DNA of 64,000 nt, from the NCBI GenBank assembly GCA_964389655.1, contig CAYMED010000003.1, positions 39,163 through 103,162 on the forward strand. The letters are read 5' to 3'. Each line of letters starts with the position of its first letter. The stretch's first letter is position 1. The position numbers and the translations under genes are program-made. Origin of the DNA: an uncultured Candidatus Poseidoniales archaeon. Its GTDB lineage: Archaea > Thermoplasmatota > Poseidoniia > Poseidoniales > CAYMED01. This document shows, piece after piece, positions 9,754 through 18,713 of this stretch. Below the pieces are notes generated by a model. The model searched no databases. It worked only from the letters and a program-made list of their open reading frames with translations, and was not told the origin of the DNA.

Positions 9754-10429
9754 AATCATGCGATAAGGCAACTTGTTCCAAAATTTCCCAATCCAATTCG
9801 CTATCGATTTCTAAACTCTGCCAATCTTGCATGGGGTAAAGACCTATGTAGCCCTCTAGGCGACAGGAATGTTTCTTCCAAATTTGCATCTTAGTGACAT
9901 AAAAAGCGCCATTTTCCCTAAATCGACCGCTCATTTCTTGCCGCCTAGGTCTCAAGTGAGGATCATAATTAGGGATGGCAAGATCACCATCGAGGTTCCA
10001 AATAAAATCGTGGGATTCCGTAGCAGTAACCAGACTATCATAACCTCCATTCACAAACTGCTGCATTGCTGAATCTAAATCACTAGACAGAGTCAATGGA
10101 GAAGTAGGCTGGACCAGAAAAACAACATCATATTCAGAAATGCCTTTCACAGAAGTTATTACATCAATAACAACAGATTCACTTGTTGCTTCATCGGTTG
10201 CAAAAATATCTGGGCGCCTATGCGTTTCCGCTCCCGCAAAGTGTGCGAGATCAAGAATCTCTTGAGAGTCGCTTGAAACAATCACACGCTCAATCGCAGA
10301 GGATGCCAGGCATGCAGAGATCGTCCACTCAACCAATGGGCGACCAAGGAATAAGCGTGTGTTTTTTTTCGAAATACCTTTGGATCCACCTCGCGCGGGT
10401 ATGATTGCAACAGAAGATAGCTGAGTCAA
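9740..10429 (-). CDS. neuA: CMP-nonulosonate (acylneuraminate) cytidylyltransferase
   Basis: IIPARGGSKGISKKN, QPTSP, RPRRQE, ENGAFY, EIDSELD. Confidence 0.93.
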   Translation of the reverse strand: MTQLSSVAIIPARGGSKGISKKNTRLFLGRPLVEWTISACLASSAIERVIVSSDSQEILDLAHFAGAETHRRPDIFATDEATSESVVIDVITSVKGISEYDVVFLVQPTSPLTLSSDLDSAMQQFVNGGYDSLVTATESHDFIWNLDGDLAIPNYDPHLRPRRQEMSGRFRENGAFYVTKMQIWKKHSCRLEGYIGLYPMQDWQSLEIDSELDWEILEQVALSHDFIAG

Positions 10430-10438
10430 ATATCTCCC

Positions 10439-11317
10439 TCAACTAGAACGGCGCAATTTATCACGTATTGGTAATTCATCCTCATATACTTGCTTAATTC
10501 CATCACCAATTGCCGATTCTAACGCTCTAATATCGCGAACAAGTCTCTGCAATCCAGGTGGTTCGAGACTTGCAGAATGATCACTTCCTCTTTGTGTTCG
10601 ATCAAGAGTGAAGTGCCGTTCTAACACCTGAGCGCCAAGTGCTACTGCAGCAACATCCATCGAAATACCCCTATGATGTCCACTGAAACCAACAATAAAA
10701 TCATCATACTGTCTTTTCATGACAGGAATATGGGCAAGATTTAGTTGATCAAAACGAGAGGGATAAGTCGAAGTGCAATGTAACATCACTCTAGTACTCG
10801 ATTTGGAAGACCTAATCCATTCAGCACATGTCAAAATTTCATCAGGAGTTGACATACCAGTTGACATGATCAAAGGGAGGCCTGTGTCAACCATTGCGCG
10901 CACAGTTTCTTCATCGGTGACGGAGGCACTAGCAACCTTCCACATGCTGACACCAATCTTGCAGATCTCTTCAACAGATACAGGATCCCACGGCGACACA
11001 AAGTAAGCAATTCCCAGCGATGAGGCATGAGCAAGTAATTCTGCATGTTCAGATGGAGATAATTCTAATGCATCTCGATGTTCACCATAAGTACTTCCAA
11101 ATGCATTCGGCGAGTCATAAGGACGGTCATACTGTTCGGGAGTCAGAAGAGTACGTGTGTGTCGTTTCTGCGATTTTACAGCATTGACGCCTGCACTGGC
11201 TGCAGAAGAAATAAGGCGCTTCGCGTGGTCTAGAGATCCTTGGTGATTTTGGCCAATTTCTGCTATGATATAGGTCTCGCTCAATGCAGCTGCCGCGAGG
11301 AGATCGGTATTCACCAT
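10439..11317 (-). CDS. neuB: N-acylneuraminate/KDN(-9-phosphate) synthase, lacking the C-terminal antifreeze-like domain
   Basis: IIAEIGQNHQG, KSQK, HCTSTYP, GFSGH, ERHFTLD, GSDHSASLEP. Confidence 0.93.
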   Translation of the reverse strand: MVNTDLLAAAALSETYIIAEIGQNHQGSLDHAKRLISSAASAGVNAVKSQKRHTRTLLTPEQYDRPYDSPNAFGSTYGEHRDALELSPSEHAELLAHASSLGIAYFVSPWDPVSVEEICKIGVSMWKVASASVTDEETVRAMVDTGLPLIMSTGMSTPDEILTCAEWIRSSKSSTRVMLHCTSTYPSRFDQLNLAHIPVMKRQYDDFIVGFSGHHRGISMDVAAVALGAQVLERHFTLDRTQRGSDHSASLEPPGLQRLVRDIRALESAIGDGIKQVYEDELPIRDKLRRSS

Positions 11318-11365
11318 GCACCAAGGGTGGGGGAGGAGCCGTTAACTCCTTTCCAACAATGAATA

Positions 11366-12262
11366 TCATTCACGTCCAATCAAACGAGCAATAAATGAGC
11401 GGGCACGGGCAATGAAATCTGGAAAAAACTGCTTGCGAGCATGCCTACGTATTACTCGCAACTGATGAATCGCATGATTTTGAGAAATATTATTCTCCAA
11501 TTCCACCTCACCAACCCCAACAACACACCATAATTCACTTTCGACCTCTTTGATCTCAAGAATTTGTAAGCCAGACCTCCCAAGTAAGACTTCAAGGGTG
11601 GGAGGTGAAAAATAGGAAACATGAGGTGCGCGGAAGAAGTAATTTTTCAGACTCCCATTGGGAGACATCATATTTGGTACCGCTATGTAGGCACAACCCG
11701 ATTTGGTGAGGGAAAGGCGTATTTTCTCTAACGTAGCAAGAGGATCAAGCAGGTGTTCAAGAACATGCCTAAGTATGATAATATCAAATTCCCCTCTGCA
11801 TTTTTCATCCCATTTCCCCTCAACGTCATCACTCAATACCTGAAATCCCCTTACTTCTGAAAGGTGATTCCTACACTCAGATGATGGCTCAATTGCAGAA
11901 CAACTCAGCCCAGAGTACTTTGTTTCAAGTAATCTCAGAACACTCCCTTTACCTGCACCGATACTCAAAGCACGGTTGGGTGCTTCACCAATAAATTTAG
12001 AGACTCGCTCTACAACCAAATCATAACATGGATTAGATAAATCATCTCCTGTTTCAACACGATATTCGGTATCAAATTCTTGCGCATAATAAGCTGAATA
12101 ACCATCTGCGTCCCACCGTGGGCTCAAATAGACAAATCCATCATCAAGGCAAATTACAACATATGCGGGATCTCCAAATTGTCCTTTCCTTGCAAGTCGC
12201 TTGATATGCGTTCCATCACAGATGGCGCAACTTGCATCCACCATGGGCCAAGTATGCTCCAT
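11366..12262 (-). CDS. Class I SAM methyltransferase with N-terminal Zn-ribbon-like segment (glycan-associated type)
   Basis: CAIC...C N-terminus, SIGAGKG, IEPS, HVLEHL, AVPN; co-oriented upstream of neuB. Confidence 0.85.
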   Translation of the reverse strand: MEHTWPMVDASCAICDGTHIKRLARKGQFGDPAYVVICLDDGFVYLSPRWDADGYSAYYAQEFDTEYRVETGDDLSNPCYDLVVERVSKFIGEAPNRALSIGAGKGSVLRLLETKYSGLSCSAIEPSSECRNHLSEVRGFQVLSDDVEGKWDEKCRGEFDIIILRHVLEHLLDPLATLEKIRLSLTKSGCAYIAVPNMMSPNGSLKNYFFRAPHVSYFSPPTLEVLLGRSGLQILEIKEVESELWCVVGVGEVELENNISQNHAIHQLRVIRRHARKQFFPDFIARARSFIARLIGRE

Positions 12263-12572
12263 CAATTGCGGAGTATATCTTAACTTATTGAGTGCTGTGG
12301 CTCTTCTTCAAGCACATACTACGCCATTGGCTGGAGCCATTTGTACGAATCAAAATACGGGCTCTTCGTCTTTCGACTATGATGATAATAAAAATGCTGA
12401 ATTTAGGTGCTGGCGCTTGTTATAAATCACATTAGTAAAATATAGATTTTTTGCCACACCACCCGCACCCCCCCATGGATCCTCAAGAGGAAACTACTGA
12501 AATAAATTCAGTTACGAATCACAATTAGCGATTAACCCGTCATCTTGAATTACAGTTCTCCAAGCCCATTCC

Positions 12573-13196
12573 ATGGGGGACAGAGATGCCATAGAGGTCT
12601 TCTCCGAGTGGGCCCTGAAAGACAGAGACCTTGGCATGGAGAGCGGCCATGCAGACTCCGTGCACGGTATGCTCTCTATCGCGCTACAGAGGCTCGATGG
12701 CCCGTTCTCCGCCATCGATGTGGGGTGCGGTAATGGGTGGGTGTGCAGGAGCCTCGAGCAGACGGACCGCTGTACCGAGGCTGTCGGTGTGGATGGCTCA
12801 GAGGAGATGATAAAGAAGGCCAAGTCTAGGGGGAACGGGGATTTTCACCATGCCTTCCTGCCGGAGTGGAGGCCGACTCGGAGGTTCGACCTCGTCCATT
12901 CAATGGAGTTTCTCTACTACCTCCGTGATCCTATTTCGATGATTTCCGCGATCCACGACGACTGGCTGAAACCCGGCGGGGTGCTGGTGGCAGGTGTAGA
13001 CCACTATCTAGAGAACGAGGACAGTCTAGACTGGTCGGAAGGCCTGAGCGTACACATGACCACCCTCAGTGAGGTGGAGTGGGGGCAAGGCATGCTAGAC
13101 GCGGGCTTCGAGGACGTCGAGATACGCAGGGTCGGTATCAAGGATGGGTTCGTGGGGACTCTCGCCATGATCGGGACCAAGCCTGCATCAACCTGA
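12573..13196 (+). CDS. Class I SAM-dependent methyltransferase (GC-rich gene)
   Basis: IDVGCGNG, GVDGS, FDLVHSMEFLYY, LKPGG. Confidence 0.88.
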   Translation: MGDRDAIEVFSEWALKDRDLGMESGHADSVHGMLSIALQRLDGPFSAIDVGCGNGWVCRSLEQTDRCTEAVGVDGSEEMIKKAKSRGNGDFHHAFLPEWRPTRRFDLVHSMEFLYYLRDPISMISAIHDDWLKPGGVLVAGVDHYLENEDSLDWSEGLSVHMTTLSEVEWGQGMLDAGFEDVEIRRVGIKDGFVGTLAMIGTKPAST

Positions 13197-13300
13197 GTTG
13201 GGGATCAGCACGTGTTTATTCCAGTACCCCATGATGTAGCAGTTCCCTAGCACGGAGTTGAAAATCAGGGTCACCAATGCGACGATGCAGTCCATTAGAT

Positions 13301-14503
13301 CTACGGAAAGGGGTCCTTCCAATTTGGTGCTTGGCCACCTAAGGCAAGATGTTTAACGAGACTTGCAACTCTTGCTCCATTCTTTCCATCGGAACGATAT
13401 CCAAAACGAGTGAATGCAGCATTACTGGCTTTTTCATCAGCCACTAAAGTACCAAGCACTGCATCATTCAGTTTGTCGGGACCAAACACGGCCTTGCCCA
13501 ATGAATCATCAAGGATTTGTAGTTCAGATTCTTCTGCCGCACCAGAACCCAGTGGAATAAGATTAACGAAGGGGATGCGGCATGCTAAAGCTGCTGCAAC
13601 GACTGAAGTCGCAGGAGATATAATCACAGATGAATGTCGGACAAGGGAGAGAAAGGAGGAAGATTCTTCAATCACAAAAACATCATTTGGAAATTTCATA
13701 GATGATTTCTGCGCAATTTCAACAGGATGGGGTTTGAACACGATTTGGACATTTTTAACTGATTTCGAGAATTCAATGACTTTCTGGAAGGCCTTGTCTG
13801 CGATCTCTTTGATTGGAGAGCGATGTGTGCCAAGTAACAGGATAATTCGAATTTCAGGGTCCAGCCCGTATGTTTTAAGGGGTTCAAAGTCAACTGGGTC
13901 AGACAATCCATCGATTGAAGGAGAACCCGTAATAATTTGCAACTCAGGGGGGGCTCCTGCACGCACATTTACATCGCGATTTACTTCTGACCAAACCGCA
14001 CATGCATCACAACCCATCATGCTTCCACGGTAACTCAGCCAAGGCCAATTGATGGTTGGCATACCATGATCAATTGCAAGAACTGGAATGCCCAGTTTAC
14101 GGGCCCATGGGATCAAGTGATAGCGAGTGTGACCTTCATGTGGAGATGTCACAAGAACAAGATTTGGTATCCAAGGCAAATGCCCTTTCAAGGGCCGACA
14201 ACGGATGGGCCATGATGGTAATGATGATGACAAAACAGTCTCCCTATCACCTGCATTGCGAAGACGCCATTTCCACTCGGTACGGGTAAAAAGATTGCGT
14301 GCAAGGCCGAAGCGGTCCCAAGAAATATCCCTCACAAGGTGCGCAAATCGATTTGTTGGTCGGAAAATAGCATCACTTGGTTCATTCATCGCTGAAATAT
14401 GAAGCCAAGAAATATCCGTTTCTAGAGCCGAGAGTACTGACTCCACATGGATAGACATTGCTGGACGCTCGCCAGTGAATGCCAATACTCGCAGCGAACT
14501 CAC
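13301..14503 (-). CDS. GT-B fold protein: divergent UDP-GlcNAc 2-epimerase-like or nonulosonate/glycerophosphate transferase-like
   Basis: FTGERP, AIDHG, TGSPSID, VFKPHP, FLSLVRHSSVII...ALACRIP; GTG start. Confidence 0.6.
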   Translation of the reverse strand: MSSLRVLAFTGERPAMSIHVESVLSALETDISWLHISAMNEPSDAIFRPTNRFAHLVRDISWDRFGLARNLFTRTEWKWRLRNAGDRETVLSSSLPSWPIRCRPLKGHLPWIPNLVLVTSPHEGHTRYHLIPWARKLGIPVLAIDHGMPTINWPWLSYRGSMMGCDACAVWSEVNRDVNVRAGAPPELQIITGSPSIDGLSDPVDFEPLKTYGLDPEIRIILLLGTHRSPIKEIADKAFQKVIEFSKSVKNVQIVFKPHPVEIAQKSSMKFPNDVFVIEESSSFLSLVRHSSVIISPATSVVAAALACRIPFVNLIPLGSGAAEESELQILDDSLGKAVFGPDKLNDAVLGTLVADEKASNAAFTRFGYRSDGKNGARVASLVKHLALGGQAPNWKDPFP

Positions 14504-14598
14504 CTACCTGAGCCTAACCGCCGCTCTGAAAAAGGGAGCGGTCATGTGAAGGGACATCATAAGCGATCTGCAAGAGTAGAGTGGATTCTGGAAGTGTG

Positions 14599-15480
14599 AT
14601 GGAAATGCGCCGCAAGACGATCAAGTTGAGAGAGAAATTGCAACGAGATGGGTTCGTCGTTATTCGGGAATTATTGGACAAGAATACAACTGATAAGTTA
14701 CGAAAACAAATATCTGAAGTATCTGAAATTCATGATGCCGATTTTGTTGGGATAGAAAAGGGAACAAAGAGGCTTTGGACAATGCCAAATGGAGTAGCAA
14801 AGAGAAAAGAGTTTCAGCACATAATATGGAATCCCCACATTACAAATGCTGTGAAAGAGGTTTTGGGTGAAAATATATCCTACCTTCATCACAATGACCT
14901 CCATGCGGGATATGGGTCACCTGGCTGGCATCGTGATAGTGTGAACCGAGTATTTCCTGAAGGAAGTGATTTTGATGAAACAGGGCACCCATATAGGGTC
15001 GTTCGCGTGGCAATTTATCTCCAATCCCATGCTGAATCGGGATTCAAGATGGGATTTATTCCCAAAAGTCATCGGCGTGAGAAAAGAATCACGAAATGGG
15101 AACGGAAAGCCCCTCGTGTCTCAACTGTGCGGCGATGGTTGATTGGGCAAAAACTCCTGACAGCCAAATCTAAGTGGGTTGCCACAAACCCGGGTGACGT
15201 AGTAATTTTTGATTGCCGTACGCTTCATTGTGGGGGCCACATTCGCGGTCCAAAGTATGCAGTATACATGGGATATGGAATCCAAAATCACCACTTCGAC
15301 CAACATTGGAATTATTACGAACATATCCGAAAAGACCTCGGTTATGGAGAAGTTGAACCATCTTTACAGAAAAAGTTGGAGGAAATGAATTTGTGGCCGA
15401 AGAAGCAAATAAAAAAAGTAGATGAAATAGGTCATGCATATATTCCGAAGCTCGACATTCTAGACAAAGAGACGATGTAA
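14599..15480 (+). CDS. PhyH-family Fe(II)/2-oxoglutarate dioxygenase
   Basis: DGFVVIRELL, WHRD (HxD), PGDVVIFDCRTLHCG distal His. Confidence 0.85.
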   Translation: MEMRRKTIKLREKLQRDGFVVIRELLDKNTTDKLRKQISEVSEIHDADFVGIEKGTKRLWTMPNGVAKRKEFQHIIWNPHITNAVKEVLGENISYLHHNDLHAGYGSPGWHRDSVNRVFPEGSDFDETGHPYRVVRVAIYLQSHAESGFKMGFIPKSHRREKRITKWERKAPRVSTVRRWLIGQKLLTAKSKWVATNPGDVVIFDCRTLHCGGHIRGPKYAVYMGYGIQNHHFDQHWNYYEHIRKDLGYGEVEPSLQKKLEEMNLWPKKQIKKVDEIGHAYIPKLDILDKETM

Positions 15481-15484
15481 CGTC

Positions 15485-16594
15485 CTATGATAAGATCCGG
15501 TCAAGGCGACCTAATGAATTGGCGACGCGGATTGAACGCGCAATTCGCCGCCCTGTTGACATTCCGGGTTCAATTAAGTCAGAATAGGGAGAACCACTAA
15601 CGAATGGATTCGATCCCGCAACAATGCGCGCAGATATCTCAAACACGCGGAATTCTAATTGATCTGTCACAATTGTTTCCAAACAAAATGCCCCAATCAT
15701 GCCACGAGCTTGTGCTTCAAGGTCAAATGAGGCGCGAACTGCCCCTTCTGCAAGTTCAAATGCCTTTGGAAGAAGACTCTCGCGTAACACAACAGGCACA
15801 TTCCCTGTAACCACGAATGATGGTTCCACTTCCAATTCCCTTAAATCACGCAGGCTACCAAGTTTGTAAAATTCATCGACATTTGCCTCGTCTCGTCGGT
15901 CGATGGATAACAATTCTAATCTCCCTTGGGGATTTGAACGGTTTCCTCGACCATATACTTGGAAACCATCTTCTGCATTAGGGTCGAAGAAAAAATGCAG
16001 ATAATAGCGGGTTCCAAGGACGTATTCTTGTATCGTAAATTCCTCCTCCAAATTGACATTTCGGCGAAAGTCTCGATAGTCACGTGCTATGAAATATCCA
16101 CGTCCACCACGCGCTCCAGCATATTTCACAATCACAGGGCCTGATATTTCTTCAGGGTTTGTGATGAGACGCGGCATCCGGCATCCACCTGCTTCAAGCC
16201 ACTGCCGCTGTTTCTCACGGCTTGATTCCCAGCGCAGAATGTGCCGATTTCCAAAAGTAGGAACGGCTAGGGAAGCAAAATTGTCAGCCCCAAGATATTC
16301 GACCAAAGATCCATGCGGAATTATGATTACATTATTTGACCGCATTTGCTCAGCCATTCCCATCAATTGTGAATAATCATCTAGAATCATCCAATCATCA
16401 GGACTCGCTAAAGGGAATGCATTGTACATCCGTTGTCTTTCATCCCCAACTGAAATGCCTAGGGTACGAAACCCCTCTGCTCTCGCACCGTGAAGAATCT
16501 GAAGTGCAGAGTGGGAAGTAACAACTCCAATCGTCAGATTCTCAAGGTCGTAGTCCTCTATCCACCCGGACAGGTCGGAGAGAGAGATAGCCAT
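15485..16594 (-). CDS. purP: Formate-dependent FAICAR synthetase (ATP-grasp)
   Basis: SHSALQILHGA, IPHGS, FGNR, GGRGYF, IQEYV, LRESLL, FEISARIVAG. Confidence 0.93.
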   Translation of the reverse strand: MAISLSDLSGWIEDYDLENLTIGVVTSHSALQILHGARAEGFRTLGISVGDERQRMYNAFPLASPDDWMILDDYSQLMGMAEQMRSNNVIIIPHGSLVEYLGADNFASLAVPTFGNRHILRWESSREKQRQWLEAGGCRMPRLITNPEEISGPVIVKYAGARGGRGYFIARDYRDFRRNVNLEEEFTIQEYVLGTRYYLHFFFDPNAEDGFQVYGRGNRSNPQGRLELLSIDRRDEANVDEFYKLGSLRDLRELEVEPSFVVTGNVPVVLRESLLPKAFELAEGAVRASFDLEAQARGMIGAFCLETIVTDQLEFRVFEISARIVAGSNPFVSGSPYSDLIEPGMSTGRRIARSIRVANSLGRLDRILS

Positions 16595-16695
16595 ACCGCC
16601 GGCTGACAAGGTTTCGCTATGACAATTACGATTGAAAAAAAATAATATTATGTGTTAGGGGGAATCATGATGCCGAAGCAGCCTCCCGACAGGCC

Positions 16696-17793
16696 ATGGC
16701 AGACGAAGGTGCAAAGGCCGAGACACCCATGAGTTATGGGGAATATTTGCGGGTCACTGAACTGATTTCCATGCAAAATGGGCGAGGGCCAGATGACCCA
16801 CCAGGTGGCGAAGAGATCCACTTTATCGTAGTGCACCAAATCTATGAGTTATGGTTTCGCCTAATATTAAGCGAAATTCGATATGCAAGGAATTTGCTCG
16901 CACCTGAAATCGTTCCAGAACCAAACATACAGGCTGCTGTGCACCACTTCAAACGGATCTCAGAAATTTTGAGACTAATGATGGTTCAGTGGCGAGTTGT
17001 TGAAACCCTATCACCACAGGACTTTCTTGCATTTCGACATCGACTTGGGTCTGCATCTGGATTTGAGTCAGTTCAAATGAGAGAAATTGAACAATTACTT
17101 GGCTATTCAACTTCAAAGCGCACAGATGAATTTGATCCCGCATCTCACATCAGGCGGCTTGGCACAACAAAGAAAGGTGCTGAAGATTTGGAGAGATATC
17201 TGAACACCTGCAAAGAAAAAACACTTCCTGAAGTTCTCTCTCAATGGCTCTACAGGACACCTGTCCGGGGTTCGAAACCCGTTGATGAGAGAGATCAAGA
17301 GATAGTCCATGGTTTTGTCATAGAATACCTTGATGTCATGGATAAAGTAGGCCAAAGGGGGATTGAATCCACCCTTAGTGGTAAATCTGCCGCTTCTTCT
17401 GAAGCATTATTGCAGCGGCACACAAGATCAATTGAAGGAGCAAGAGAATTTCTTCTACCTGGTGGAAATGTCGATCGGAGTCGTGTCGGGTTATTGTTTA
17501 TTGAATCCTATAGGAGGCTCCCCCTTCTTGCTTGGCCACGCGCCCTTGTAGATTCAATTGTAGAAGTAGAAGAAGCCATGTTACTGTGGAGGAATGCTCA
17601 TGTGAGAATGGTAGAACGAGTAATTGGACGAAGAGTTGGGACTGGCGGCTCAAGCGGAGTAGACTATCTTGATGCCACCCTCAAGATGAGAGCATTTCAT
17701 GACCTTTGGACTGTACGTTCGATCCTAATCTCAGAAGATGACTTGCCAGAAATTGAGGACCTAACGCCATATGGGTTTGAGGCTGATGCCTAA
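16696..17793 (+). CDS. kynA: Tryptophan 2,3-dioxygenase
   Basis: SYGEYL, FIVVHQIYELWF, FRHRLGSASGFES, MVERVIGRRVGTGGSSGVDYL. Confidence 0.95.
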   Translation: MADEGAKAETPMSYGEYLRVTELISMQNGRGPDDPPGGEEIHFIVVHQIYELWFRLILSEIRYARNLLAPEIVPEPNIQAAVHHFKRISEILRLMMVQWRVVETLSPQDFLAFRHRLGSASGFESVQMREIEQLLGYSTSKRTDEFDPASHIRRLGTTKKGAEDLERYLNTCKEKTLPEVLSQWLYRTPVRGSKPVDERDQEIVHGFVIEYLDVMDKVGQRGIESTLSGKSAASSEALLQRHTRSIEGAREFLLPGGNVDRSRVGLLFIESYRRLPLLAWPRALVDSIVEVEEAMLLWRNAHVRMVERVIGRRVGTGGSSGVDYLDATLKMRAFHDLWTVRSILISEDDLPEIEDLTPYGFEADA

Positions 17794-17844
17794 CTCATGC
17801 TGTCGCGATGTAGACCTTTGATAGGCACGCTCCCATTCGCGTAT

Positions 17845-18708
17845 GTGGCTACGATAGGGAGAGGTCTGGCAAATGCCTCGCTGACACTGCTTCCTGCTGC
17901 TGCATTTGGATACGCTGCTGGCATGGCAATTGACCTCAAAGTTACGGCGCGCCTCCGTGATGACCCCGCAAATAGCCCGCCTGATGACCCAGATAGACTT
18001 CTACCCGCAATATATGACGCATGGTTGGAATCTGGTTTTCCATCACCTGCTGAACATATTGATTGGATCATCGATTCAGGAATCCCAATTCAAGAAGGAC
18101 TAAATTCGTCATCTGCAGTGGGCATGGCTGCAGTTCGAGCCCTTGCACAAGCAACAGGTACTGATCTCTCAGATGCTATGGCAGTTGACCTCGTTGTCTA
18201 TGCTCATGCCACTTCAGGAATATCAGAGTGGGGTGATCCTGCACAAGCCTGGGCATCTGCAGTTCCAGGATGGCATGTTAGTGTGATTGGCCATTCTGCT
18301 GATGAAGGGAGAGTGCTGCATGGCCCATCTCCAAACCCTGAGGATTATCGCTGTTTCCTCTTGTTGCGGGATGAAGATGCGCCCACACCAGCAACTATTG
18401 AGCAGATCCAAGCACATGCCTCTGCATATGAGCCGGCTTTAGCAGCGCTGCAAAAGGGAGATGCAATGGGAGCAATTACTCATTCTGGAAGAGCAAGTGC
18501 ACAAGCAGCAGGGGACCATCCCGGACGGCATATAGCAAATGATGCTGTGATAAAAGGGGCAAGGGCTGCTGGGTTATGTCCCGATGGCCCTACAATTGTT
18601 GTTTTTGTTCTATCATCACTTACGCCTACTGTTGAATTTCTTACATCCACATGGAAGCAGCGAGGACTTGAGGTGTTTGAAGCAAAAACAGTCATCATTG
18701 CTTCTTGA
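17845..18708 (+). CDS. Archaeal shikimate-kinase-like GHMP kinase (divergent)
   Basis: IGRGLANASLTLL...GYAAGMAIDL, SGIPIQEGLNSSSA, GARAAGLCPDGP; start moved to GTG 17845. Confidence 0.65.
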   Translation: MATIGRGLANASLTLLPAAAFGYAAGMAIDLKVTARLRDDPANSPPDDPDRLLPAIYDAWLESGFPSPAEHIDWIIDSGIPIQEGLNSSSAVGMAAVRALAQATGTDLSDAMAVDLVVYAHATSGISEWGDPAQAWASAVPGWHVSVIGHSADEGRVLHGPSPNPEDYRCFLLLRDEDAPTPATIEQIQAHASAYEPALAALQKGDAMGAITHSGRASAQAAGDHPGRHIANDAVIKGARAAGLCPDGPTIVVFVLSSLTPTVEFLTSTWKQRGLEVFEAKTVIIAS

Positions 18709-18713
18709 AGAAA

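Noticed and set aside
12481-12512. Short inverted repeats CCTC-aa-GAGG and ACTGAA-ataaa-TTCAGT
   Set aside because: Too short to separate from chance, and no matching copy at the other side of the GC islet.
12263-12572. Long intergenic gap examined for tRNA or ncRNA
   Set aside because: No cloverleaf, T-loop or recognisable RNA motif found by eye.
13410-14033. 207-aa plus-strand ORF
   Set aside because: Antisense shadow of the GT-B gene with no motifs.
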